Assembly (NCBI GenBank): GCA_046595515.1
Contig: JBKJOV010000041.1
Coordinates: forward strand, 3,039-67,038
Reading direction: 5' to 3'
From: Rhodoferax sp.
GTDB lineage: Bacteria > Pseudomonadota > Gammaproteobacteria > Burkholderiales > Burkholderiaceae_C
Length of the DNA stretch: 64,000 nt
Shown here in pieces: positions 26,457 to 35,413 of the stretch (positions within the stretch are counted from its first letter, which is position 1; the number at the start of each line of letters is the position of its first letter). The position numbers and the translations under genes were made by a program. Below the pieces are notes generated by a model. The model did no database searches. It had not been told where the DNA came from and saw only the letters and a list, made by a program, of their open reading frames with translations.

Positions 26457-28656
26457 GGTTTGCAGACGCCAAAATCAACCGCTCCACGGTCTCACACAGC
26501 TCGTTGACATCGTTGGGCTTGTAGATCAGCGCGTCAGCCCCTTGCGCCATGGCTTCAGATTCCAATTCCGGCGTGACGTAGCCCGAAGCCAATGCCACTG
26601 GCAAATCCGGACGTATGGCCTTAGCCTCACGCAATAAATCCAAACCGCTGTAGCCGGGCATGTTGTAGTCGGTCACTAGCAGATCAATGGCCATAGGGTT
26701 GGCGCGCAACGTGGCGTGAGCCATTTGCGGATCGGTGAAGCTAGTGACGGCATAGCCCTTGCGCGTGAGCACGCGCTTGACCAGGAACACCAGTGCCTGA
26801 TCATCATCCACGTACATGACCGTGCGGCCTTTGCCAGTGTCTGTGGTTGGCCCCAACGTAACCGCCGCAACGGCCACTGGGGCTACGGCTTGCCCGGTGG
26901 TAGGAAAGTACAACGTGAACACGCTACCCACGCCCACGCTGCTTTGCACATCCACCACGCCCTGGTGGGTCTGCATGATGCCGTGTACCACCGACAGCCC
27001 CAGGCCAGTTCCCTGCCCCACTTGGCGGGTGGTAAAAAAGGGCTCAAAAATGCGTTCCAAGGTCGGGGCAGACATGCCATTGCCGGAATCTTCTACCGCC
27101 AAAATCGCGTAGTGACCCTCTGCGATTCCCAGTTGCTCACTGCGCAGCGTGTCGATGTGTCCGGTGCTGAGGTCGATAGACACCGTGCCCTTGTCCTGCC
27201 CGACGGCCAAAAAAGCATTGGTGCAGAGATTCAGGAGCGCTTGCTCTACTTGGGTCGCATCGGCCAGCACGGCAGGGCAATTGGCTTGCAGCGTGACGCG
27301 CAAATCCACGTTGGGTGGCATTGCCACCTTCACCAGGCGCACCGTTTCCTCGATGATTTCATGCAAATGCGTAGGAATACGTTTGGGAGGCTCGTTGCGG
27401 CTGAAAGTCAAAATCTGGCGGACCAGATCGCGTGCGCGCCGCCCCGCCTTGTCAATTTCTTGCAGGCTGGTCAGTGCCGGTGCGCCGGGCGCCAAGTCTT
27501 GGGTTGCCAGGGTGACATTGCCCAATATCGCGCTGAGTATGTTGTTGAAGTCGTGGGCAATGCCGCCGGCCATGGTGCCAATGGCTTGCATTTTTTGTGA
27601 CTCACGCAGTTGGCCTTCTAGTACCAGTTGCTGTGCCTCGGCCTGCTTCTTTGCGCTCAGGTCCCGGGCGAAGATCGTGGTGATAGAACCCTGCGGCAAC
27701 TGCTCGCGGCGCCGGTCAACCTCAAACCCGCCTAGACCTGGAAAAGGCTGGGTGCGCCGGTCCAGCGAGACGCTGATTTCCACAAATATTTCTTGCCCTT
27801 GCAGCGTCAAGGCTCTGAACTCACCCAAAACAGCTTGGCTAGTAGCGTGGCCCGCCCTCAACAGTTGGGCTACATCTGGCAAGAACACAGACAGCGCGCT
27901 ACCCAGGGCTTGCTCCACCGGGCATTGAAACAGCGCCATTGCCGCCGGATTGAAGACCGTAATGCCCTGTGCGTCGTCGATGCACAAGATCGCGTCTAGC
28001 GACGAGTTGATGATGGCCGACATGCGGTTCTCGCTGAGCAACAAGTCTTCATTGCGCTGGCGCAGTACGGCAGCGCTTTGTTGCAGCTCCTGCCGCTGCG
28101 CCAGCAAGGGCCCCTGGTCGATGATGGCGCAAATGAAGTGGGCCAACTCGTCTTGCGGATTCTCGATACGCGCGATGTGCAAGTCGCCGGTAAAGTTGCC
28201 CTGCGCCCCTGCCAGAAACCCGACTTCACTGACCTCGCTGGTGCTGTGCGCTTTGGCACTCAAGAAGGCTACGGCCACCACATCGGTGTGTTCGGCGCCC
28301 ACAAAGGGAAGTAAAAAATTCAGAGGCGGGTCACTCTCTTGCGGCTGAAAGAGGCGAAGCGCCATGGCGTTGCTGGCCAACACCAAGCCCGCCTCATCCA
28401 CGACCATCAGTGCCAGCGGAACATTGGAGAACAAGGTTGCAAACCGCTCGGACGCACCCTCCGCTTCCTGTTGGCTGTAACGCAGCGCCTGGTTCTGAAT
28501 CACCAGTTCCGACTGGTATTTGCGCAGGTCCTGGATCATTTGGGCCGGCGCGTATCCGTCCACAATCAGGTCTTGCACAGAGCGACCCCCAGGCTCCAAC
28601 AGGTGGGCTAAACGGCTATTGACGTGCAGCTTCTTGCGCCGAGGCAGACTGGCCAT
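26446..28656 (-). CDS. hybrid sensor histidine kinase / response regulator with PAS-type sensory repeats
   Basis: H-box GGIAHDFNNIL, N/G boxes (EDSGNGM, GTGLGLSVV) and a C-terminal receiver (VMYVDDDQALV...LLVTDYNMPG). The start is taken at MASLPRR (ATG 28656). Confidence 0.85.
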   Translation of the reverse strand: MASLPRRKKLHVNSRLAHLLEPGGRSVQDLIVDGYAPAQMIQDLRKYQSELVIQNQALRYSQQEAEGASERFATLFSNVPLALMVVDEAGLVLASNAMALRLFQPQESDPPLNFLLPFVGAEHTDVVAVAFLSAKAHSTSEVSEVGFLAGAQGNFTGDLHIARIENPQDELAHFICAIIDQGPLLAQRQELQQSAAVLRQRNEDLLLSENRMSAIINSSLDAILCIDDAQGITVFNPAAMALFQCPVEQALGSALSVFLPDVAQLLRAGHATSQAVLGEFRALTLQGQEIFVEISVSLDRRTQPFPGLGGFEVDRRREQLPQGSITTIFARDLSAKKQAEAQQLVLEGQLRESQKMQAIGTMAGGIAHDFNNILSAILGNVTLATQDLAPGAPALTSLQEIDKAGRRARDLVRQILTFSRNEPPKRIPTHLHEIIEETVRLVKVAMPPNVDLRVTLQANCPAVLADATQVEQALLNLCTNAFLAVGQDKGTVSIDLSTGHIDTLRSEQLGIAEGHYAILAVEDSGNGMSAPTLERIFEPFFTTRQVGQGTGLGLSVVHGIMQTHQGVVDVQSSVGVGSVFTLYFPTTGQAVAPVAVAAVTLGPTTDTGKGRTVMYVDDDQALVFLVKRVLTRKGYAVTSFTDPQMAHATLRANPMAIDLLVTDYNMPGYSGLDLLREAKAIRPDLPVALASGYVTPELESEAMAQGADALIYKPNDVNELCETVERLILASANHAR

Positions 28657-28847
28657 GGTGGGGACTATTGTTAGGGTATTTCGGACCCCCGAGCATACTG
28701 CGCAGGATGAGGCCCAAGCGTGGCCCCGCAACGGTGCGGGGCCCAGGTGCCATGGTCGAGCAACGTGCCTTCAGGAGCGCTTTGGCGAATGCAGCGACAA
28801 TCGAGCTCTTTTTTCAAAAATACTTGCTTGGAAGTTAACGCTTAGAC

Positions 28848-29375
28848 ATGTCCAGTACGACTATTTTCAAGGTGCGTCCTGCCACCTTGCGTGATGCCAA
28901 ACCGATTGCCGAATTGCACAACGCCACCGCCCGCGAGGCCTTCAAATCCATGATTGGCGATGTGCCCATTGCTGATGTGCCATTGGACAAGCGCCAAGCT
29001 TTCTGGCGCGAAGCCATTGAGTACAGCGAGCCCCAAGTCCAGGTGGTGCTGGATGATGAAAAGATCATCGGGTTTGTGGGGTTCGATCGCTCACGCGACA
29101 AGGGCACGCCCCCTACCATGGGCGAAATCTGGGCTATTTACGTCGCTGCCGCCTATTGGGGCAAAGGCGCTGGCGTAGCCCTGTGGGACGCCGCCCGCGA
29201 GGGCCTGCAAGACGAGGGCTGCACCCACGTGTCGGTGTGGGTGCCTTTGGCCAATGACCGCGCTGTGCGCTTTCACGAGTTGGCGGGTTTCAAACGCGAG
29301 ATGGCCAGCGCCAAGACGGTGGCTATTGGCGCCGTCAAGGTCGAAGAAATTCGCCTGAAGCGCGCACTCACCTAA
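28848..29375 (+). CDS. GNAT-family N-acetyltransferase
   Basis: 175 aa. Acetyl-CoA pocket IYVAAAYWGKGAGVALW. Confidence 0.7.
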   Translation: MSSTTIFKVRPATLRDAKPIAELHNATAREAFKSMIGDVPIADVPLDKRQAFWREAIEYSEPQVQVVLDDEKIIGFVGFDRSRDKGTPPTMGEIWAIYVAAAYWGKGAGVALWDAAREGLQDEGCTHVSVWVPLANDRAVRFHELAGFKREMASAKTVAIGAVKVEEIRLKRALT

Positions 29376-29382
29376 GGCCCGA

Positions 29383-30537
29383 CTACGGCAGCTTGCGCAC
29401 CACGGCGCTGCCGATCGAGTAGCCCGCGCCAAACGAGCAAATCATCCCCACATCGCCACTTTCAAAGTCGGCCTTGTGGCGGTGAAACGCGATGATGGAG
29501 CCTGCTGACGCCGTGTTGGCAAACTCATCCAAAATCACCGGCGCATCCTCCGGGGTGGCATCACGCCCCAGTAGTTTGCGGCTGATCAACTGGTTCATCG
29601 CCAGGTTGGCTTGGTGCAGCCAAAAGCGGCGCACGCCTGCAGGCTGCAAACCCAAGTCATTCAAATGCCCAGCCATATGCTCTGCAGCCATGGGGCACAC
29701 TTCTTTGAACACTTTGCGGCCCTCTTGGCGAAAGAGCTGATCGCGATCTTCCGGGTCGCGGTCTTCGGCGCGCGACAAGAAGCCAGCGTTGTTGCGGATA
29801 TTGTTAGAAAAGCTGCTCAAAAGGCGCGTGCCCAGCACCTCAAACGCGCCGGGGCTGGCCAGTTCCAGCCGCTCGATCAGTAGGGCGGTGCATACATCGC
29901 CAAAGATGAAATGGCAGTCGCGGTCTTTCCAAGCCAGGTGGGCCGACGTTATTTCAGGGTTGACCACCAAAATGGCGCGCGCCGTGCCGGTGCGCACGGC
30001 GTTCACTGCCATCTCTATGGCAAAGGTGGCAGAGGAGCACGCCACATTCATGTCAAAGGCATACCCCTGCACGCCCAAAGCGGTTTGAATCTCCACGCCC
30101 ATGGCGGGGTAGGCGCGTTGCATATTGGCGGCAGCGCAGATCACGCCGTCCACGTCGGCGGCGGTTTTGCCGGCTGCCTGCAGGGCATCCTGGCAGGCCT
30201 TCACGCCGATCTCGGCCATCAAGGACAGCTCGGTGTCAGGGCGCGGCTTAAAGCTGGGGCGCATGCGGCGCGGGTCCAGCACGCCCGATTTGTTCATCAC
30301 ATAACGGCGTTTAATGCCAGAGGCCTTTTCGATGAATTCGACGTTCGAGTCCGTCAAGGCCTCCCGGGTACCCGCCGTGATCTCGCTGGCGAACTTGGCG
30401 TTCTCTAGCGCCGCATAGGCGTTAAAGGCGGCCACTAGCTCTTCGTTGGTGATGACTTCGGGCGGGGTAAACAGGCCAGTGCTGCTAATGGCGACGCGGT
30501 GCATGGTGGGAATCAGGTAGTGGGGCGCGAGGGCCAA
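29383..30537 (-). CDS. KAS III-type (FabH-like) 3-oxoacyl-ACP synthase, long form
   Basis: Cys-His-Asn triad contexts NVACSSATFAIE, WLHQANLAMN and FANTASAGSII. It is longer than canonical FabH. The start may be ATG 30504 (MHRVAISS). Confidence 0.75.
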   Translation of the reverse strand: MALAPHYLIPTMHRVAISSTGLFTPPEVITNEELVAAFNAYAALENAKFASEITAGTREALTDSNVEFIEKASGIKRRYVMNKSGVLDPRRMRPSFKPRPDTELSLMAEIGVKACQDALQAAGKTAADVDGVICAAANMQRAYPAMGVEIQTALGVQGYAFDMNVACSSATFAIEMAVNAVRTGTARAILVVNPEITSAHLAWKDRDCHFIFGDVCTALLIERLELASPGAFEVLGTRLLSSFSNNIRNNAGFLSRAEDRDPEDRDQLFRQEGRKVFKEVCPMAAEHMAGHLNDLGLQPAGVRRFWLHQANLAMNQLISRKLLGRDATPEDAPVILDEFANTASAGSIIAFHRHKADFESGDVGMICSFGAGYSIGSAVVRKLP

Positions 30538-30579
30538 ATTCGATCAAGCGCAGATTATGCGCCGGGTCTGTGACCATCC

Positions 30580-30631
30580 GTCCGCGGCTGTAGGCGGACA
30601 CGGCGCACGGACAGTGCGGACACATCGGACA
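30580..30631. promoter_or_regulatory. candidate enhancer (UAS): palindrome GTCCGC-N8-GCGGAC plus four CGGACA repeats
   Basis: The palindrome spans 30580..30599. CGGACA occurs at 30595, 30608, 30617 and 30626. The cluster lies about 45-95 nt upstream of the sigma-54 promoter. Confidence 0.4.
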
Positions 30632-30675
30632 CGTACAAAATAGAAAAAATCCAATGAAATCAACCACCTAGCCGC

Positions 30676-30691
30676 TGGCATGGCTTGTGCA
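30676..30691 (+). promoter_or_regulatory. sigma-54 (-24/-12) promoter
   Basis: TGGCATGGCTTGTGCA compared with the consensus TGGCACG-N4-TTGCW. GG is at 30677-78 and GC at 30689-90, giving the exact canonical spacing. It is about 30 nt upstream of ATG 30722. An NtrC-type activator is encoded at the end of the same gene string. Confidence 0.65.
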
Positions 30692-30721
30692 AAGCAACAC
30701 CAACCTTGCACACCATACGCC

Positions 30722-31990
30722 ATGATTCGCGACACCTCATCCCAAGATAACCAGTTCCAGCCGTCCACAAGCGCACTGCGCAAGCAGCGGCTCGTTTGGG
30801 CCTGTGCCATCGTATTGGTTTTGGGACTGTTGGGCACGGCGGTGGCCCGTTGGGCGGGGGCTACGCAGTCGGTCAGTGCATCAAGGTTGCGCATTGCCGA
30901 AGTGGCGGTAGGTAATCTGGTGCGCGACTCGGCAGTCAACGGCCGTGTGGTGGCGGCTGTGAGCCCAACGCTCTACGCCACCGCCACCGGCAGCATCACG
31001 CTGCACGTCAAGGCGGGCGATGTTGTCAAGAAAGGCCAGGTGCTGGCCGCCATTGCGTCATTGGATGTGCATGAACAGTTCAAGCGTGAGCAGGCCATGC
31101 TGGAGCAGCTCGACGCGGAAGTAGCGCGCCAACACATCTTGTCCAAGAAGCAAAAACTCACGGCCCAACGCGATGCGGACCAGACCCATATTGAGCTGGT
31201 TACCGCGCGACTGGCGGTGGAACGCATTGAGCCGGCGTTTAAGGAAGGGGTGATTGCCAAGGTGGATTACTTCAAAGCCAAAGATGCGCTGAGTTCAGCC
31301 GAGATCAGAAGCCGGCATGCCAACGCCACTGCGGCCTTAGAGAGCGAAGACGTGGGCTTTGGCTTGCAAACCCGGCAGAGCCAACTGCAGCGCCAGCGCA
31401 TCACGCTGGCCAACGCCCAGCGACGTGTGGACGAGCTCAGTTTGCGCGCCCCCATGGACGGCGTGGTGGGCACGCTTGCGGCCTCCAGCGGCACGGTGGT
31501 GATGCTCAATGCGGCGGTGATGACTTTGGTGGACTTGTCGCAACTGGAAATTGAAGTGGAGGTGCCAGAGAGCTATGTGTCCGATCTGGGCCTGGGCATG
31601 CCGGCTGAAATCACCGTGGGCGGTGCCAAGGCTATGGGCAAGCTTGCGTCTATTTCACCCGAAGTGGTGAAGAGCCAAGTGCTGGCCCGGGTACGCTTTG
31701 ACGGCGCGCCTCCGGCGGGCTTGCGCCAGAGCCAGCGCGTGAGCGCACGCCTACTAATGGAAGAGAAAAAAAATGTGCTGCTGGTACCGCGCGGCCCGTT
31801 TTTAGAAAGTGAAGGCGGTCACTTTGCGTATGTGATGCAAGACGGCAAAGCGGTGCGAACCTCCATTACGCTGGGGGCCACTAGCTTAACTGCCGTCGAA
31901 ATATTGAGCGGACTCAAAACCGGCGACAAGGTTGTCGTCTCCGGTAGCGATGCCTTTAACAACGCGCCCCTCGTATCTATCAACCCGTAA
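30722..31990 (+). CDS. HlyD/MacA-family periplasmic adaptor (membrane fusion protein)
   Basis: N-terminal TM helix (LVWACAIVLVLGLLG), coiled-coil hairpin, lipoyl/beta-barrel motifs (LRAPMDGVV). The start is set at 30722 because ATG 30680 lies inside the sigma-54 promoter. Confidence 0.8.
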   Translation: MIRDTSSQDNQFQPSTSALRKQRLVWACAIVLVLGLLGTAVARWAGATQSVSASRLRIAEVAVGNLVRDSAVNGRVVAAVSPTLYATATGSITLHVKAGDVVKKGQVLAAIASLDVHEQFKREQAMLEQLDAEVARQHILSKKQKLTAQRDADQTHIELVTARLAVERIEPAFKEGVIAKVDYFKAKDALSSAEIRSRHANATAALESEDVGFGLQTRQSQLQRQRITLANAQRRVDELSLRAPMDGVVGTLAASSGTVVMLNAAVMTLVDLSQLEIEVEVPESYVSDLGLGMPAEITVGGAKAMGKLASISPEVVKSQVLARVRFDGAPPAGLRQSQRVSARLLMEEKKNVLLVPRGPFLESEGGHFAYVMQDGKAVRTSITLGATSLTAVEILSGLKTGDKVVVSGSDAFNNAPLVSINP

Positions 31991-32021
31991 GCCAGTCAAA
32001 TATTTTTCAGGAGAAAGCTAC

Positions 32022-32750
32022 ATGCTAAAAATGACCCACCTCAGCAAGGTCTACCGCACCCACTTGATTGAAACCCACGCGCTGCGCGACTTTCATATTG
32101 AAGTCAAACAAGGCGAGTTCGTGACCGTCACCGGTCCATCGGGCTCTGGCAAGACCAGCTTCTTGAACATTGCGGGCCTGCTAGAAGATTTCACCAAGGG
32201 TGAGTATTGGCTCGATGGTGTGGCGGTGAAGGGCTTGAACGATAACCAGCGCTCACGCCTGCGCAATGAGAAGTTGGGCTTTATCTTTCAGGGCTTTAAC
32301 CTGATCCCCGACCTGAATCTGTTTGACAACGTGGACGTACCGCTGCGCTACCGCGGCTACGACACAGCCGAGCGCAAGGCCCGCATTGAAGACGCGCTGG
32401 CCCAGGTGGGCTTGGCGTCGCGTGCCAAGCATTACCCTTCTGAGCTGTCGGGCGGCCAGCAGCAGCGCGTGGCCATTGCCCGCGCGTTGGCAGGCAGCCC
32501 AAAACTGTTACTGGCCGATGAGCCCACCGGCAACCTGGACACGCAAATGGCACGCGGCGTGATGGAGCTGCTAGAAGCCATTAATGCCAAGGGCACGACG
32601 ATTCTGATGGTGACCCACGACCCGGAGCTGGCGGTGCGCGCACAGCGCAATGTGCACATCATCGATGGCCAGGTCTCGGATCTGGTGCGCAGAGCCCCCT
32701 CGTTGGTAGACCGCCAAGCCAGCAGCCAATTCGCCGCACAGGCGGCCTGA
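32022..32750 (+). CDS. ABC transporter ATP-binding protein (MacB/LolD type)
   Basis: aggag RBS, Walker A GPSGSGKTS, signature LSGGQQQRVAIARAL and Walker B LLLADEPTGNLD. Confidence 0.9.
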   Translation: MLKMTHLSKVYRTHLIETHALRDFHIEVKQGEFVTVTGPSGSGKTSFLNIAGLLEDFTKGEYWLDGVAVKGLNDNQRSRLRNEKLGFIFQGFNLIPDLNLFDNVDVPLRYRGYDTAERKARIEDALAQVGLASRAKHYPSELSGGQQQRVAIARALAGSPKLLLADEPTGNLDTQMARGVMELLEAINAKGTTILMVTHDPELAVRAQRNVHIIDGQVSDLVRRAPSLVDRQASSQFAAQAA

Positions 32751-32765
32751 CGCGAGACCCTAGCA

Positions 32766-34079
32766 ATGTTGCAATACTATTTTTCTTTGGGCTTGCGCAG
32801 CCTGCGCCGCAACCCGGCACTTACGGCGCTAATGGTGCTGACACTGGCCGTGGGTGTTGCGGCCAGTATGGCCACCATCACCATCCTGCACGCCATGTCG
32901 GGCAACCCGATTCCGCATAAAAGCGACCGCTTGTTTTCTGTGGTGTTGGATGCCGGCCCGCTGGAGGGCTACAAGCCGGGTGACAAACCCACAGACAGCC
33001 AAAGCACCTACCGCGATGCCATGAATTTTGTAGCCAGCGACCAAGGCGAGCGTCGTGCGGCGCTGTACGGCATGTCAGTGACAGTAGAGCCAGAGCGCAA
33101 AGACTTGGGCGTTTTTGGCGCCGAGGGCATTGTCACGACCAAAGACTTCTTTGCGATGTTCGAGTTGCCGTTTGCCGCGGGGCAGGCTTGGGGCGCCAAA
33201 GAGGACGCCGATGGTGCCGACGTCGTGGTGCTGGGCCGCGAGTTTTCTGAGAAGCTGTTTGGCACGGCACAGTCTGTGGGCAGGCAAGTGGTTTTTTCGG
33301 GCCGCACGTTTCAAGTGATCGGCGTACTGGACCACTGGAAACCCTTGCCGCGCTACTACCTCATCATTGGCCATGGCGCGTTTGCAGGTTCGGCAGAAGA
33401 CTATTTTTTCCCGATTGCCACGGCAGTCCGACACCAATTGCCCCATGCGGGCAGTACCAACTGCAGCCATTTGCGGGAGCCGGGTTTTCAAGGCAAGCTC
33501 GACTCCGAGTGCACCTGGGTGCAGACGTGGTTTGAACTGCGCTCGGCCAGCGAGCGGCCTGGCCTGCAGTCCTATGTGGATAGCTATGTGGCTGACCAAG
33601 CGCGCCAGGGGCGTCTTGTGCGTAAAGCCAAAGGCCAACTCTACGATGTGGTGCAGTGGTTGGAGCATCTGGAAGTGGTTGAAAAAGACAACCGCTTGGC
33701 CGCTTGGCTGTCGTTTGGATTCCTGATCTTGTGTCTTGTGAACACCGTGGGATTGTTGCTGGCAAAGTTCTCGGTGCGTGCGCCAGAGGTCGGTGTACGC
33801 AGGGCCCTTGGTGCCTCCCGGGTGCAGGTCTTTGAGCAATATCTGATCGAGGCCGTCGTCGTGGGGCTCAGCGGTGGCGTAGTGGGCCTGCTGCTGGCTT
33901 GGGGCGCTTTGAAAATAATTGCCATGCAGTCCAAAGAGCTTGCGCTACTTGCGCATATGGACTGGCAAATGCTGGCACTTACGTTTGCACTGTCCGTGTC
34001 GGCCGCTGTGCTGGCCGGCTTGCTCCCTACCTGGCGCGCGTGCAATGTCACGCCAGCCTTGCAACTCAAATCTCAGTAA
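32766..34079 (+). CDS. FtsX/MacB-type ABC transporter permease 1
   Basis: 437 aa. It has an N-terminal TM helix, a large periplasmic domain and a C-terminal FtsX 3-TM bundle (VGVRRALGASRVQVFEQYLIEA). Confidence 0.8.
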   Translation: MLQYYFSLGLRSLRRNPALTALMVLTLAVGVAASMATITILHAMSGNPIPHKSDRLFSVVLDAGPLEGYKPGDKPTDSQSTYRDAMNFVASDQGERRAALYGMSVTVEPERKDLGVFGAEGIVTTKDFFAMFELPFAAGQAWGAKEDADGADVVVLGREFSEKLFGTAQSVGRQVVFSGRTFQVIGVLDHWKPLPRYYLIIGHGAFAGSAEDYFFPIATAVRHQLPHAGSTNCSHLREPGFQGKLDSECTWVQTWFELRSASERPGLQSYVDSYVADQARQGRLVRKAKGQLYDVVQWLEHLEVVEKDNRLAAWLSFGFLILCLVNTVGLLLAKFSVRAPEVGVRRALGASRVQVFEQYLIEAVVVGLSGGVVGLLLAWGALKIIAMQSKELALLAHMDWQMLALTFALSVSAAVLAGLLPTWRACNVTPALQLKSQ

Positions 34080-34089
34080 GGAAAGTCCC

Positions 34090-35331
34090 ATGATTATGGA
34101 AATCCGACCTATTTTTTCGGCACTGATGCGCAGCAAAACAGGCGCGGTTTTGGTGGCCTTGCAGATTGCTATCAGCCTAGCTATTTTGGCTAACGCTTTG
34201 CATGTGGTGAACGTGCGCCAGGCTGTGATGGGCCGACCCAGCGGCATGGAGGACGAAGCGTCACTGTTCTACCTGATGGTAAAAAATCTGCCCGTGGCCA
34301 GTCACGCGGAAGAATTGGTCAACCAGGCGCGTGAAACCGCCGTGTTGCGTAGTCTGCCGGGCGTGCTGTCGGTCGCCAATACCAGCCAGCAACCGCTGTC
34401 GGACAGCGGCAATACCAGCAGCTACTTTCTGTCGCCCAACCAAAAAATCAGCACGGGAAGCGCCTCGTTTTATGTCTCGCCCGATTCGCTCGTCAAGACC
34501 TGGGGCTTGAAGCTGGTGGCCGGGCGAGACTTAACGCCCAACGATGTGATTGAGCTGGACCAAAATAGCAGCAAAAAGTTTCCCTCCAGCATTATCGTGA
34601 CCGATGCGCTGGCCAAGCACGCGTTTCCCGGGGAGCGTGATGTTTTGGGCAAAACCCTCTACTTTGGCAATGGCAGTGATGCCAAACCCGTGCGCATTGT
34701 GGGTGTGGTGGAGCGCTTGCAAACCGCGGCGGCGCAGTTGGGTGAACGGGGTGAAACGTCGGTCATTATTCCCGTGCGCTTGACGGGCTTTAACGCATCT
34801 ATTTACGCCGTGCGCGCTGCGCCGGGTGAGCGCGACCGGCTGATGAAAGATGCCGAGACGGCCCTTCGCAAGGCCGCGCCAGCGCCCATGGTTATCCGAG
34901 CCAAAACAGTGGACCAAGACCGCAAGAACCGCTACCAGGCAGATGCAGGCTTGGCCTGGATGCTGGTGGCTGTGTCTGTGCTGTTGATGCTGATCACGGC
35001 CAGTGGCATTGTGGGCATGACCAGCCTGCGCGTGAACCAGCGCCGTAAGCAAATTGGTGTACGCCGCGCGCTGGGTGCGCGCCGTATCGACATCCTGCGC
35101 TATTTTTTGTTGGAAAGAGCCATGGTGACGGGCGCCGGTGTCGGCCTGGGTCTGTTCGGTGCGGTCGGGCTCAATGTGCTGCTGATGAAGCAGCTCGAAA
35201 TGATCGCCTTGCCAGGCAGCTACTTGGGGGCTGGAACTTGCATCTTGGCCATCTTGGGCCTACTTGCGGCGTGGTGGCCCGCTTGGCGCGGTGCGAGCAT
35301 CTCGCCCGCCACCGCCACGCGCAGTGTGTAG
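34090..35331 (+). CDS. FtsX/MacB-type ABC transporter permease 2
   Basis: Same architecture as permease 1 (IGVRRALGARRIDILRYFLLE). The start is taken at MIMEIRP (ATG 34090). Confidence 0.8.
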   Translation: MIMEIRPIFSALMRSKTGAVLVALQIAISLAILANALHVVNVRQAVMGRPSGMEDEASLFYLMVKNLPVASHAEELVNQARETAVLRSLPGVLSVANTSQQPLSDSGNTSSYFLSPNQKISTGSASFYVSPDSLVKTWGLKLVAGRDLTPNDVIELDQNSSKKFPSSIIVTDALAKHAFPGERDVLGKTLYFGNGSDAKPVRIVGVVERLQTAAAQLGERGETSVIIPVRLTGFNASIYAVRAAPGERDRLMKDAETALRKAAPAPMVIRAKTVDQDRKNRYQADAGLAWMLVAVSVLLMLITASGIVGMTSLRVNQRRKQIGVRRALGARRIDILRYFLLERAMVTGAGVGLGLFGAVGLNVLLMKQLEMIALPGSYLGAGTCILAILGLLAAWWPAWRGASISPATATRSV

Positions 35332-35413
35332 GGCTGAAACTGCGTTGCGGCGCAGTAGCGAGCGTGGCAGCGAGCGCAGCAACAGGGGTGGGCGCCTGAG
35401 GTATTCTGCAGCC

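Noticed and set aside
33075-33839. 254-aa minus-strand ORF; similar cases at 36868..37665, 57952..58923, 46771..47505, 14377..14970 and 49549..50022
   Set aside because: All lie antisense inside confidently called genes and have skewed Arg/Ala/Gly/His composition. I treated them as GC-driven open frames.
35332-35413. Second sigma-54-like element tggcagcgagcgcagca upstream of the regulator gene
   Set aside because: The GG-to-GC spacing is one nucleotide too long and the -12 region is poor, so it was not called.
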